Counted from the first letter of the stretch, positions 1 through 8,745 are shown. The stretch: DNA of 20,499 bases from an uncultured Chloroflexia bacterium (GCA_963765765.1 CAVXYC010000009.1:1-20499); one strand, 5' to 3'. The notes: a model not told the origin generated them from the sequence alone. Numbers and translations: made by a program.

Positions 1-1848
1 CGCTCGGCGCCATGACGGTGGCACGCAATGCGGATGGACGACTCCAGGTGTTCAGTCGCCTGGGACTCATGTCCAGCGGCGTAGTCTGGAGCATCGCTCA
101 GCAATCCGCTAACGGCGCTACCTGGGATGCCTGGAGCAATCTCGGCGTCGCCACCCGGCGGCGTATCGGCGCACCTGCTCGTCAGCGCACAAAACGCGGA
201 CGGTCGACTGGAGCTTTTTGCGCTGGGACAATCGGCCGAAGTCTGGCACACCTGGCAGCTCACCCCTTCGGATACCGCCTGGTCCGCCTGGGAGTCACTC
301 GGCTCGCCCGCGGGCACATTGATCATTCGCTTAGGAATTGGTCGAAACTCAGACGGAAGGCTGGAGCTATTCGGGCTCTCCACCGATGGTGAGCTCTGGA
401 ACATCTGGCAGACCGCGGCTAACGCTGGCTGGGATGCCTGGAACGCGCTCGGCTCTCCGGTCGGCGACCAACCTGGGTGTGTTGACGGTGGGCGAAAATG
501 CCGACGGTCGGTTGGAAGTCTTCGCTGTCGCGGACGGCGATGCCCTCTGGCACCTCTGGCAGGACCCCGCGTCCGCCACAGCGTGGAGCACCTGGGACAG
601 CCTCGGCACGCCTGGCTCGGGTTTTCTTGATGACCTGGCGGTCGCTCAGAACTCGGACGGCCGATTGGAAGTGTTTGCCGTTCTGAACGACGACGCGCTC
701 TGGCATATCTGGCAGGATCCAGCCTCGCCCAACTACTGGAGCGGCTGGGACTCGCTGGGCGGGGAGCCTGATGGCGCCGCCGCCGTGGCACGCCACCTCG
801 ATGGTCGGCTGGACGCCTTTGCCGTCGCTCGGGCGGCATCAGGCCCCAAGCCGCTTTACCATCGCGCCCAGACCGCACCCAATAGCGACTGGGGTCCAAA
901 TCCTGATTGGCAGCTTACCGCCCTCACCGCCAGCACCACTGCTTTATTCCGATGCTCAGACGGCTCCGTCTTTGCCCGCACGCAGACTGAGCTTCTGCGT
1001 AGCACCGATCAAGGCGATACCTGGACACCCATCAACTTGCCTCCCGGCGCGGGGAAGGTGGCAGTGGATGCCGCCGACTCCAACATCATCTACGCCGGCG
1101 GTACCGGTGGGCTGTTCAAAACGACCAATCAGGGATCCACCTGGAATCTCGTCTACACCGACTTGCCCCAGACCAAGGTCCTCGCCGTGGCGGTGAGCGA
1201 GGCAAATCACCTCATCGTTTACGCAGCGGTGAGCCCGACTGGCACCGATATCGATAATCTGCGTTCGTTGGACGGTGGCGCCATCTGGACGGGCATCGGC
1301 GGCCCGTTTCCCAGCGCCACCTGCATCTGGGGCGTCAATCTCCTCTTTCCACATCCGACGAATCAGATGCATGTATTCAAAGCGTCAAATTGCTACGCCG
1401 GTCGAGTCGTTCCTTCGGGCGATCCGCTGCAGCTCAGCACCGCCCAGGGTTCCGGCTGGGCCACCATCCTTCAGCAGTCCACCTTGTTTCCGTCGCGCAT
1501 GGTCGGTGGAAAAGGCATCGAGCCGACGCGCTTTTACGTGACCGCCCATCGTGGCGCCGCGCCGGGGGCGGGCGACTCTATGCCACCAAGGACAGTGGCG
1601 CCAACTGGTCGGTCGGCATCGACATTGCCAGCGGCCCAGCGATCTTCGGCCTCGAGTACGAGCCGAATTCGCCTCTGCGGGTGTATGCCGCCCTCACCAG
1701 TGGGGAAGCGCGCACGTCGTCTGACGCCGGCTTCTCCTGGACCCAGCTCGGATCCAGCGGCCTCGGCCGCGCCGAAGCGCTTCTCCGCAGCGGCTCGTAT
1801 TTGTTTCTGGCCAGCGATACGGGGGTGTGGAGGTACCCGTTGGCGTAG
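1..1848 (+). CDS. Tandem beta-propeller protein: PLL/PHL-type lectin-like repeats followed by an Asp-box (BNR) propeller; 5' end outside the window; split by three 1-nt indels
   Basis: Joining ORFs 12-392, 127-630, 338-1951 and 1390-1848 at ~147 (+G), ~466 (+G) and ~1566 (-G in a G run) gives one protein. It has six [AG]xN[AS]DGRL[EQ]xF...W..WQ...W..W..LG repeats, then six Asp-box-like motifs (STDQGDTW, TTNQGSTW, SLDGGAIW, STAQGSGW, TKDSGANW, SSDAGFSW), and ends ...LASDTGVWRYPLA-TAG at 1848. The frame is open back to position 3. Confidence 0.8.
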
Positions 1849-1916
1849 AGGCGAAGGGTTCCGGATTGTGCGTTTCGCCGTTCACATGGCATTGCACTGG
1901 GTCTCCCGCTCTGCAG

Positions 1917-1990
1917 TCGCAGCGAAGGATCTTCCCCGCCGGAGTGCTTGATACCGGTCGGAAGATCCTTCGCTGCGATCAGGATGACAG
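1917..1990. repeat. REP-like palindrome (GCAGCGAAGGATCT...AGATCCTTCGCTGCG.TCAGGATGAC type) between convergent genes; possible bidirectional terminator
   Basis: Perfect 19-bp inverted repeat, TCGCAGCGAAGGATCTTCC (1917-1935) / GGAAGATCCTTCGCTGCGA (1960-1978), followed by TCAGGATGACAG. Confidence 0.75.
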
Positions 1991-2036
1991 GAGGCAGGAA
2001 CCGCGGCGGCTCATCGGTAGTGCGCGGCTCTGATTG

Positions 2037-2850
2037 TCAGGTCGACGGCGGAAACACCGCATCCATAAACGCCTTCCACCGCTCGCTATCGCGCCGCACC
2101 GCCTCTTCGGCGCCCTCACCGAAGAGATAAAAGCCGAGACCCACATAGGTGGTGTCACCTGCTCCGTGCGTGGTGAGCGACGCGATGCCGCTGGCTGGCT
2201 GAGTCAGGCGGATATGCACGTTGCGCATGGTGCCGCTTGCCCGCGTCCTTTCCACAGTGCCCTCGAAAGGCGGCACGTCGGCTGACGGCGCGGAAACACG
2301 TGCGCCCTCCTTGACGGATGTCAGCCCGAGCGGGGCACTCACCGCGGCCCATGCCTCCGTCTCTGACATGCTTGTGGGTCGCATCTGCTGCATCGTGAAT
2401 GCCGGCAGGCCACGGTAATGCGTGAGGACGAGTCGAAGAATGTCGAAGAATGGCCGCCAGCCCGTGTCCATGGTTTCTGAGCTGATCGTCCCACTCATCG
2501 CTGCTGGTGAACAGACTGGAGACGATTCGGACCCTGCACATCCCGCCCGAGATGGCTTCCACTACGTGCTCTGTGGCCAATGGCGGCGCTGGGGGATTCC
2601 AGTCGGGCTCTTCGTAGGCGAGCCGATGTGGCGGGCTCCAGGCGGTCACTTTGCCCGCCGATTGCACTTCCTCATCCAGGTGGAACAGCACCGACCCACC
2701 AACGCGCTCCTCGAGGTCCGTCGGCACGAACCAGGATGTGATCCCTGCTCCAGTGGCTATCGCCTGCCAGACCTCCTCCGGCGTGCCGGGCACTTCAATC
2801 TCGATCGTATTGAACCGCCGTCGACCATCCGTCCCTAACTCCACGGGCAT
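2037..2850 (-). CDS. SRPBCC (AHSA1/START-like) domain protein, one 1-nt indel
   Basis: The N-terminus IEIEVPGTPEEVWQAIATGAGITSWF is typical of SRPBCC/AHSA1. Removing one base at ~2478 joins ORF 2155-2850 to 2037-2498 (WDDQL-ETMDTGWRPFFDILRLVLTHY), giving ~270 aa. GGAG RBS lies upstream of ATG 2850. Confidence 0.85.
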
Positions 2851-2924
2851 ACCAGCTCCAGGTGAATTGCATTGACGCTGCCAGCACGCGCTCCGAGCGC
2901 GCGCTCAGCCCCGCCAGTCACCTG

Positions 2925-2952
2925 ATTTTAGTATTGACAGAAAGGCTGTCAA
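2925..2952 (-). promoter_or_regulatory. sigma70-type promoter of the SRPBCC gene, with a palindromic operator over the -35 box
   Basis: Minus strand reads TTGACA-16 nt-TAAAAT. The palindrome TTGACAG-aaagg-CTGTCAA is at 2934-2952. Confidence 0.7.
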
Positions 2953-3023
2953 AGCTGTCGTTACATCGTGTGTCCGCCGTGGGCTGCTCGAAAATGCCTT
3001 GACAAAGCGCCACCCATCAAGAA

Positions 3024-3124
3024 GCCTTCGAGCCGCGCTACGTGAGTAAGCTGTTCCGTCGCGCTCTCGCGGGTGGGTGATCTCATGAGAAGCGCCGCTT
3101 ACTCACGTAGCCCGGCTCGGAGGC
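3024..3124. repeat. Long intergenic inverted repeat (REP/MITE-like hairpin)
   Basis: 28-bp arms GCCTTCGAGCCGCGCTACGTGAGTAAGC (3024-3051) and GCTTACTCACGTAGCCCGGCTCGGAGGC (3097-3124), with one mismatch and one G-U pair; 45-nt spacer. Confidence 0.75.
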
Positions 3125-3200
3125 CGGCTGCGATGTCATCGGTTTCTAATATGGCGCAAGAGGAACCGCCCCTTACGGGGTGCGGCTTTGAAGTGTCTGG

Positions 3201-3483
3201 CTATGCGGCTTGCGCAGCGTCGCGCTTCTTGTAATAGCTCGGCCGCATCGGCTCGCCGGATGCCAGCCAGCCGCCCAGCACACTACCCACGAGTCCAAGG
3301 AGCAGTGTGGTCACACCACCCAGGGCGGCATTGCGCGCCGCGGCGGCCGCGCCCGGATCGGCAGCGGGTCCCGAGGGCGTGGCCCAGGTCGGCACGCCAC
3401 CGAGGCCGCCAAACCACGCGCCCATCAGATTACCGGCACCCAGCGCGGCAAGTAAGAGTAGAAACGGCACCGCGATCAGCCAG
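3201..3483 (-). pseudogene. 3' half of a membrane-protein gene paralogous to 9952-10722; 5' half missing
   Basis: WLIAVPFLLLLAALGAGNLMGAW...ARNAALGGVTTLLLGLVGSVLGGWLAS aligns by eye with FLFGVPVMLWLASQGLGSLMGAY...IRNGAWGSLLAAIVGLGASALGGYLGT of the 9952-10722 product. The sequence 5' of W (above 3483) shows no hydrophobic continuation. Confidence 0.65.
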
Positions 3484-3779
3484 TCATCATCGTTAGATGA
3501 CAGCGGTGGCGGTTGGCACCCCTTCTTCCTTGTCATTCCGAGGGTCGAGAGGAACGAGCGACCTCACCGGGACATCGAAGTACGCTGCGTCGGCGATGTC
3601 TACGCGTGTTCCCGTTCGGACTCTCCGATGTCCGGGAGATGGCACCAACAGGCAGATGAACACTGATCCGGCTGGGTGTCTGTGCTCCCCGCAGGCGCAT
3701 GGAGCATCTCGGGATTAGATGCGATCGAGGTCAGGATCGGAAACCGGTGGATGGCGTTTCCCGAGCCAATCGCAGCATG

Positions 3780-3815
3780 AAGACAAAGAGCGCAGCCCAA
3801 TCTGGGCTGCGCTCT
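3780..3815 (-). terminator. Intrinsic terminator of the SBP gene
   Basis: Perfect 13-bp stem AGAGCGCAGCCCA-atc-TGGGCTGCGCTCT (3787-3815), followed by a T-rich tail on the minus strand, 25 nt after the stop at 3841. Confidence 0.7.
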
Positions 3816-3840
3816 ATGCCCGTCGGGACTGCCGTAAACG

Positions 3841-5034
3841 CTAGCGGAACAGCGCCTTATCGAAAATCTCGATGAAGTCGTTGCTGCGAGCGATCTGGTC
3901 ATCCGTGCGCTTGGACGGCTTGACCTGCTCTATCGGTGGCTGACCCGCTGGCGGCGGAGTACCGGGCAGCGCCGCGTACGAATTCTGGATGTCGACGACC
4001 ATTTTCTGGCCCTCTTCCGAGGTGATCCAGGAAACGAACATCTTGGCCGCGTCCTGGCCGGGCGCATCCTTGATCACACCGATGGTGCTCTCCTGGATGG
4101 ACGTACCGCCGTCGGTGAAATACACCACCTTGACCGGCGCAATCTTGGCCATGTCGAACAGCTCCGACGTGATCGTCACGGGGTAGAACAGCGCATACTC
4201 GCCGCGGGCGATCTGTGATGGCGCCGCGTCGCGGTCCCGCACGAACGTCGTCTCTTGCGACTTGAGACCGGCCAGCCACGAGTCGCCGAGCTGGACGTAG
4301 TTGATCGTGCCCACGTCGAGGCCGGGACCATTGCCGCGCGGATCCTCGAAGAGCAGTTTGCCCTTGCCCTTCCAGAACGGCTCCAGCAGCTCCTGGCGGG
4401 TCGAAGGAATCTTTTCGGCCGGCACCAGGTCCGTGTTGACAAACCCGCCAAAGAGGCTCACCCGATAAGGCCAGCGCGTCTTGCCATTGGTCAGGCCGGC
4501 GGGCGGAATCAGCGCCGCAGTCGGCGGACCCTCCCACTCGGTGAGGTCCCCCTGCTTCTCGAAGGTGGACATGGTCGTCTGGCCGTGAACCGCAAGGTTG
4601 GCGATCTGCTTGCCGCTGGCCTTCTCCGCGGCGAGGCGCTGGAGCATCTCCGGCCCCCGCAGATTCACCTTCTCGATCTGAATCTCTGGGTAGCGCTTGC
4701 GGAACTCCGGAATCATCGGGTCCCACTCGGGACCAACCCCACCGTAGATGACGACGTTTGTCTGCTTGGCCGCCTTGGCTTTCTCGTAGTAGCCATTGAT
4801 GACCGCCGAGACCTCAGCCGCGGATGGCCCGCCGCCGGTCTGTGCGGCCGCTGGAATACCGGGCAGCCCGGCCGCTGGTGATGCCGCGGCGCCCGGCGAT
4901 GCTGCCGCGCCTGGTGATGCCGCCGCGGCGGGCGCCGTGGTCGGCTTGGCCGGCGCAGCCGTGGGGCTGGCAGGCGCCGGTGTGCTGCACGCGACCGCAA
5001 GCAATGACGCGAGCAGAGTGAAAAGAACGCGCAT
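3841..5034 (-). CDS. ABC transporter substrate-binding lipoprotein (AfuA/Fe3+-thiamine-polyamine-like class II SBP)
   Basis: Lipobox LLAVA-C and a Pro/Ala/Thr tether, then AKAAKQTNVVIYG, RLAAEKASGK, LLEPFWKG, ARGEY and AAKMFVSWITSEEGQ, all characteristic of this SBP class. 397 aa, intact. Confidence 0.88.
   Translation of the reverse strand: MRVLFTLLASLLAVACSTPAPASPTAAPAKPTTAPAAAASPGAAASPGAAASPAAGLPGIPAAAQTGGGPSAAEVSAVINGYYEKAKAAKQTNVVIYGGVGPEWDPMIPEFRKRYPEIQIEKVNLRGPEMLQRLAAEKASGKQIANLAVHGQTTMSTFEKQGDLTEWEGPPTAALIPPAGLTNGKTRWPYRVSLFGGFVNTDLVPAEKIPSTRQELLEPFWKGKGKLLFEDPRGNGPGLDVGTINYVQLGDSWLAGLKSQETTFVRDRDAAPSQIARGEYALFYPVTITSELFDMAKIAPVKVVYFTDGGTSIQESTIGVIKDAPGQDAAKMFVSWITSEEGQKMVVDIQNSYAALPGTPPPAGQPPIEQVKPSKRTDDQIARSNDFIEIFDKALFR
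4877..4930 (-). repeat. Degenerate 18-bp tandem repeat encoding the (AAASPG)n linker of the SBP
   Basis: The protein reads AAAASPGAAASPGAAASP. The DNA units begin GGTGATGCC/GGCGATGCT/GGTGATGCC at 18-nt spacing. Confidence 0.7.
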
Positions 5035-5322
5035 TCCTGTGAAAAACCTCCGTCAGGTCCGGGTCCGGATTGCAAGGCAATCGGCCATCTGCCTGAGAAC
5101 GAAGAATAGTAACGGCTCGGGAATCGTGGCCACTTGGTGTGGTGAGTCCACATCTCGTCAAGACGAGAAATGGGGTGGGTATGGCACCCCTCGTTGAATC
5201 TATTCGCGGCCCCGCCATTCTGGGACTGCGGCGCAGAATCACACCCGAATCTGTCGGCCCAGTGGCGCTGGCGCCGCACCGCTATGCGCACGAGCGCTCA
5301 GTATCGCATCCACAGGGCACCT

Positions 5323-5890
5323 CTAATTCTCGGGCATTCTACCGATTATCTCGTGCCGAATTAGGTTTATGCCTCGCTGAAGGGAAATCTCTAACCCATC
5401 TAAATCTTGCAGCACCTCAGACAGATAACCATCGGCGAGTGCCAAGTGAGCACGTGGCAGCGGTGCGTCTGCGGCTCGTACATGGATATGCGGTCCCTTC
5501 TTGTATGAATGCCAAGGCTCCCCGTTCACGAGATCCTCGTCAGGATCACAGTGCAACGCAACGAATTCACTCGAGTCGGAGCGTGATTTCATTCGAAACA
5601 ATTGAAAATACGCGCGTTCGAGGGACCACTGGTGCGTATCATCGACGGGGTACCAGTCATCGAAGTATTGGCCAGAGAGTTGGGCGCAGTTCGTCTTGAA
5701 TCGCCAATCACGATACGATTCTTCGAGGTTTGGGACCATCGTGGGCCGCGACGACTACTGATCCGCCGCTAGGACCGCCGGTCCTTGTCGCACCGGCCCT
5801 CCCGACGCACGGGATACCTCACGTAGAAGTTGCCGAATTCTGCCGGGCCGGTCCAGCCAGCTGTCGATCAGTCATTTGGATCGTCGGCAT
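5323..5890 (-). CDS. Hypothetical protein (~188 aa if reconstructed) with HCDP...GPHIHV...AHL motifs, overlapping the 3' end of the methyltransferase
   Basis: ORF 5323-5739 looks protein-like but has no RBS. GGAGG-5 nt-ATG at 5890 overlaps the MTase end by 23 nt. Linking it to the ORF needs about three frame switches (~5857, ~5790, ~5725), so the 5' part is tentative. Confidence 0.6.
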
Positions 5891-8509
5891 CAACGCCTCC
5901 TAATCCAAGCAACCCTCGGTCCAGTCGCGAAATTCCATACAGATCCGAAGCCAAGTCGTCGATTTCCCGCTCCATGGCGATTGCGTGCGTCCCGGTTGAA
6001 TTGATTCTCGCATCGACCGCATCACACAGCCGCTGTGTGAGCGAAGGACTGCGACCGGGATCCGGAATTGGAACGTCCCGAAGAGTTTTTCCCTCCAGCA
6101 TCGAATAGCCGTGGCTATACTTGTGTGAATGTTGGCTCAAGTACCAAAACGCCACGGATGAATTCAGTAAGCCTAACAAGTACAGTAACAATTCCTCGTC
6201 CGCACCGATGCCCTTTGTTGTCAAATATGTGCTTCGAGTGACAACGTAGGTTCCGGTCCGATCAAATCCGAATCTCGGAGCAAGCACCAAGTGTGGACTT
6301 ACCAGCTTCGGGCGAAGCATGCTTCGAGGGGAGCGAGGCCAAGCTGGTTGCCACCATGCCACGTTTCCCCGCGAAACCGCTGAGCGTTTCTCAAGTTCCC
6401 CTCGATGTTCCTGAAGATAAGACCATGTCGCTGAGAATTCAGTGCGAAGTCGCTCCTCTTGAACGAGTTCACCGTCGATGAAAGGGTAGAAGATCGACTG
6501 TTCCGTCGCTTCGGGGACGCGGTAACGCAGCATAGACCTATCTGCAAGTAAGGGACGAAACAATTCACTGTCGAGCGAGTCGGACACCGAGTCTGGGACA
6601 ATGAAAACTTTGTCTGCGCCAGTGATAGCTCCTTGTCGGATTTCAGCGAAGTTCGCCAGGGTTGGTAGAGTTCGCAAGCCTCTTCTAATCCGTGAAGCAG
6701 TCTCTGGAAGCAGGATCCACTCTTCAGACTCGAATTCTTGTTGATCCAGATCGTAAATACTGTAGAAGTCGCCAGTGACTCGCTTTCCTTCGAGATAGTC
6801 CTCAAGTGCAAGCCCGGGCAGATCACGTACGCTGACAATCGTTGCGGGAAGCGAACTGACTGACTCATCGACACGCTTCTGAAACACGAGCAGTATCACG
6901 TAGATGTCTACGCTTTCGAAGACGGGGATGCTGGAGAGATCGACCAAACAGTGAATCCTGGCCTCATTGGCAAGTTTTTGGCGAATGCTCTTAGCGCCAT
7001 TTGCCAATAAGAAGCTGTGAGGCAGTACTAACATTCCAAAACCCCCCGGGCGAAGGAGGTCTCAGAGCGGCTTTCACGAACGCCGCGTAAAGGTCCACTC
7101 TACCCTTGCCGTCATCGCCGAGGTATGTTGACACGACGTCACGTAACTCTTGTGATTGTCGTTCAATGCTCACGAATGGCGGATTCACGACGACCGCTTC
7201 GAATGTCCCCAGGATGTTTGGGTTCTCAATCAGATAGTGAAAGAGTTCGTGTTGATGGACGTTTAGTGTTTCCGGATCGTGCCTGTCAATGCCAGATGCA
7301 ACAGACTTAGGGAGAGCCGAGATGCTGAGACGGCGCTTGGATCCACGTCGATACCATAACAATTGTTGAAGGCGTGGAAAATTGAATCCGATGTGACACC
7401 GTCTTGAATCGGGTCGCACTGAAGTTCGAGTATGTTTCGGAGAAATATTCCGGTGCCCAGGCCGGATCAATAGTTGCCATATTTCTAAATATTGAAGGAG
7501 GTAGTTGATCGCGGATGATCCTGGCGAAAAATCTGGATATGAACTCAGGTGTGTAGACAACGCCTTGAGACCTGTTCGCTATTTCATTTGGAATAGGTGG
7601 GAAGAATGATAGCTGGGGAGAAAACTCGTCTTCGTAGTGGAGCAGTGAAGAATAATGCTCGTATATTCTTCCTAAGGCGTGTTTCGATAGTAATGAAAAG
7701 TTGTATTCATACGGTGCGAATGGATTGCGGTAGAAATCGAGTATTAACTCGTCTATCAGTGATGCTTGACAAGAATCAAATTGCATCAATGCCTGAATGG
7801 ATATGAAGTCTTGAGATGACAAGCCAAGCTGTTGAACGCGTTTAGCAATGATTCGCGATAGTTGCCTGTCTAAATCCGACGTTGATCGCCATGACATGGC
7901 GAGACTTTCAGAATTGATGCTCCGTTGGTCTTCGATTGTTCTAATGAAGATTAATGAGTTAAAGAGATTTGAGAGACCGAAGTTGTCAATCTTACCCGGT
8001 GACTCGGATGACAGAACCCTCTTCCATTTGGAAATTAATCGTACTAAAGCGTCTTCAATATTCGGAAGAAGTGGAACTTTAGGAGGTATGAGAGATTCTT
8101 GAACGTTAAATTGTTGTAGAGAATCAATTGTTGTGCGGGAGAGTGGTATTTTGCTTACGATTGCGGGTTGGATTCTGTTGTTGCATAACGTGGCTCCGTC
8201 AGTTTCAATGCATAGATGCCAGTCGACTAGATTGTTATAGGAAATCGAGAGAAGGCGATTATATGTCGATATGTCGAAGTCATAGGTCCGCACGGATTCA
8301 TTGATGAAACTGAGGACCGCCGATGATTGGAGTCCGTGTTCTACAACAAGATGTGCCCGCGCTATGTCCTTCGAAGGATTGTGGTCGAGTAGTGGGTAGC
8401 TGGGTCGCCAGCCGAGGTAGCGCGCGAAATCCCGTAGGGCGCGTCTCGCATCGACTTCATGGGAGGATGGAGATGCTAAGGTGAGGATGCTGTCGTAGGC
8501 GTCAGGCAT
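5868..8509 (-). CDS. Type IIG/Eco57I-like gamma-class N6-adenine DNA methyltransferase with C-terminal TaqI-like target recognition domain (~880 aa); three 1-nt indels
   Basis: Motif X QGVVYTPEFI; motif I restored as IDPA(C)GTGIFL by +1 nt at ~7458; YGIDVD; +1 nt at ~7277; motif IV VVVNPPFV; RVDLYAAF; -1 nt at ~7063 giving LLRPGGFGMLVLP; then QGAITGADKVF and LLYLLGLLNSS...LRDVPIP, typical of TaqI_C. Confidence 0.88.
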
Positions 8510-8667
8510 GCTGCGGTTCCGCTCTCGGGGTTTGGGCGTCGGCGTTCTCGGTATCGTTCGATCCGCTCTATGTTAGAGCAGGTGGACATGGGGTTGCCCT
8601 GGCGAGCGATGCTCCGCCGTCTCGTTAATTATTGCGTTGACAGAATTACGGTTGATCGATGCCAGAA

Positions 8668-8696
8668 TTGACATGGTGAGGGTACTCAATTAGCCT
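8668..8696 (+). promoter_or_regulatory. sigma70-type promoter of gpmA
   Basis: TTGACA (8668-8673), 17-nt spacer, TAGCCT (8691-8696). RBS GGAGGAGG at 8734-8741. Confidence 0.6.
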
Positions 8697-8745
8697 TCCG
8701 GGGAGATACTTGACCCCAGTAGGAATGACGCGCGGAGGAGGAAGA

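Noticed and set aside
1570-1951. C-terminal tail of ORF 338-1951
   Set aside because: Out-of-frame read-through after an indel. The Asp-box motifs continue in the 1390-1848 frame.
3575-3780. Possible gene or riboswitch between the half-gene and the SBP terminator
   Set aside because: No convincing ORF or known aptamer core was found on either strand.
5071-5088. sigma54-like TGGCCGATTGCCTTGC upstream of the SBP gene
   Set aside because: GG-GC spacing is 11 rather than the required 10. It would only be valid if an indel error is shown.
5154-5169. CTCGTCAAGACG shared with the riboswitch P3 (~20447)
   Set aside because: A 12-nt match with no extended similarity; probably coincidental.
7307-8509. 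Reading ORFs 7307-8509, 6991-7560 and 5868-7034 as a three-gene RM operon
   Set aside because: MTase motifs X, I and IV are split across them and rejoin with single-base fixes, so this is one gene.
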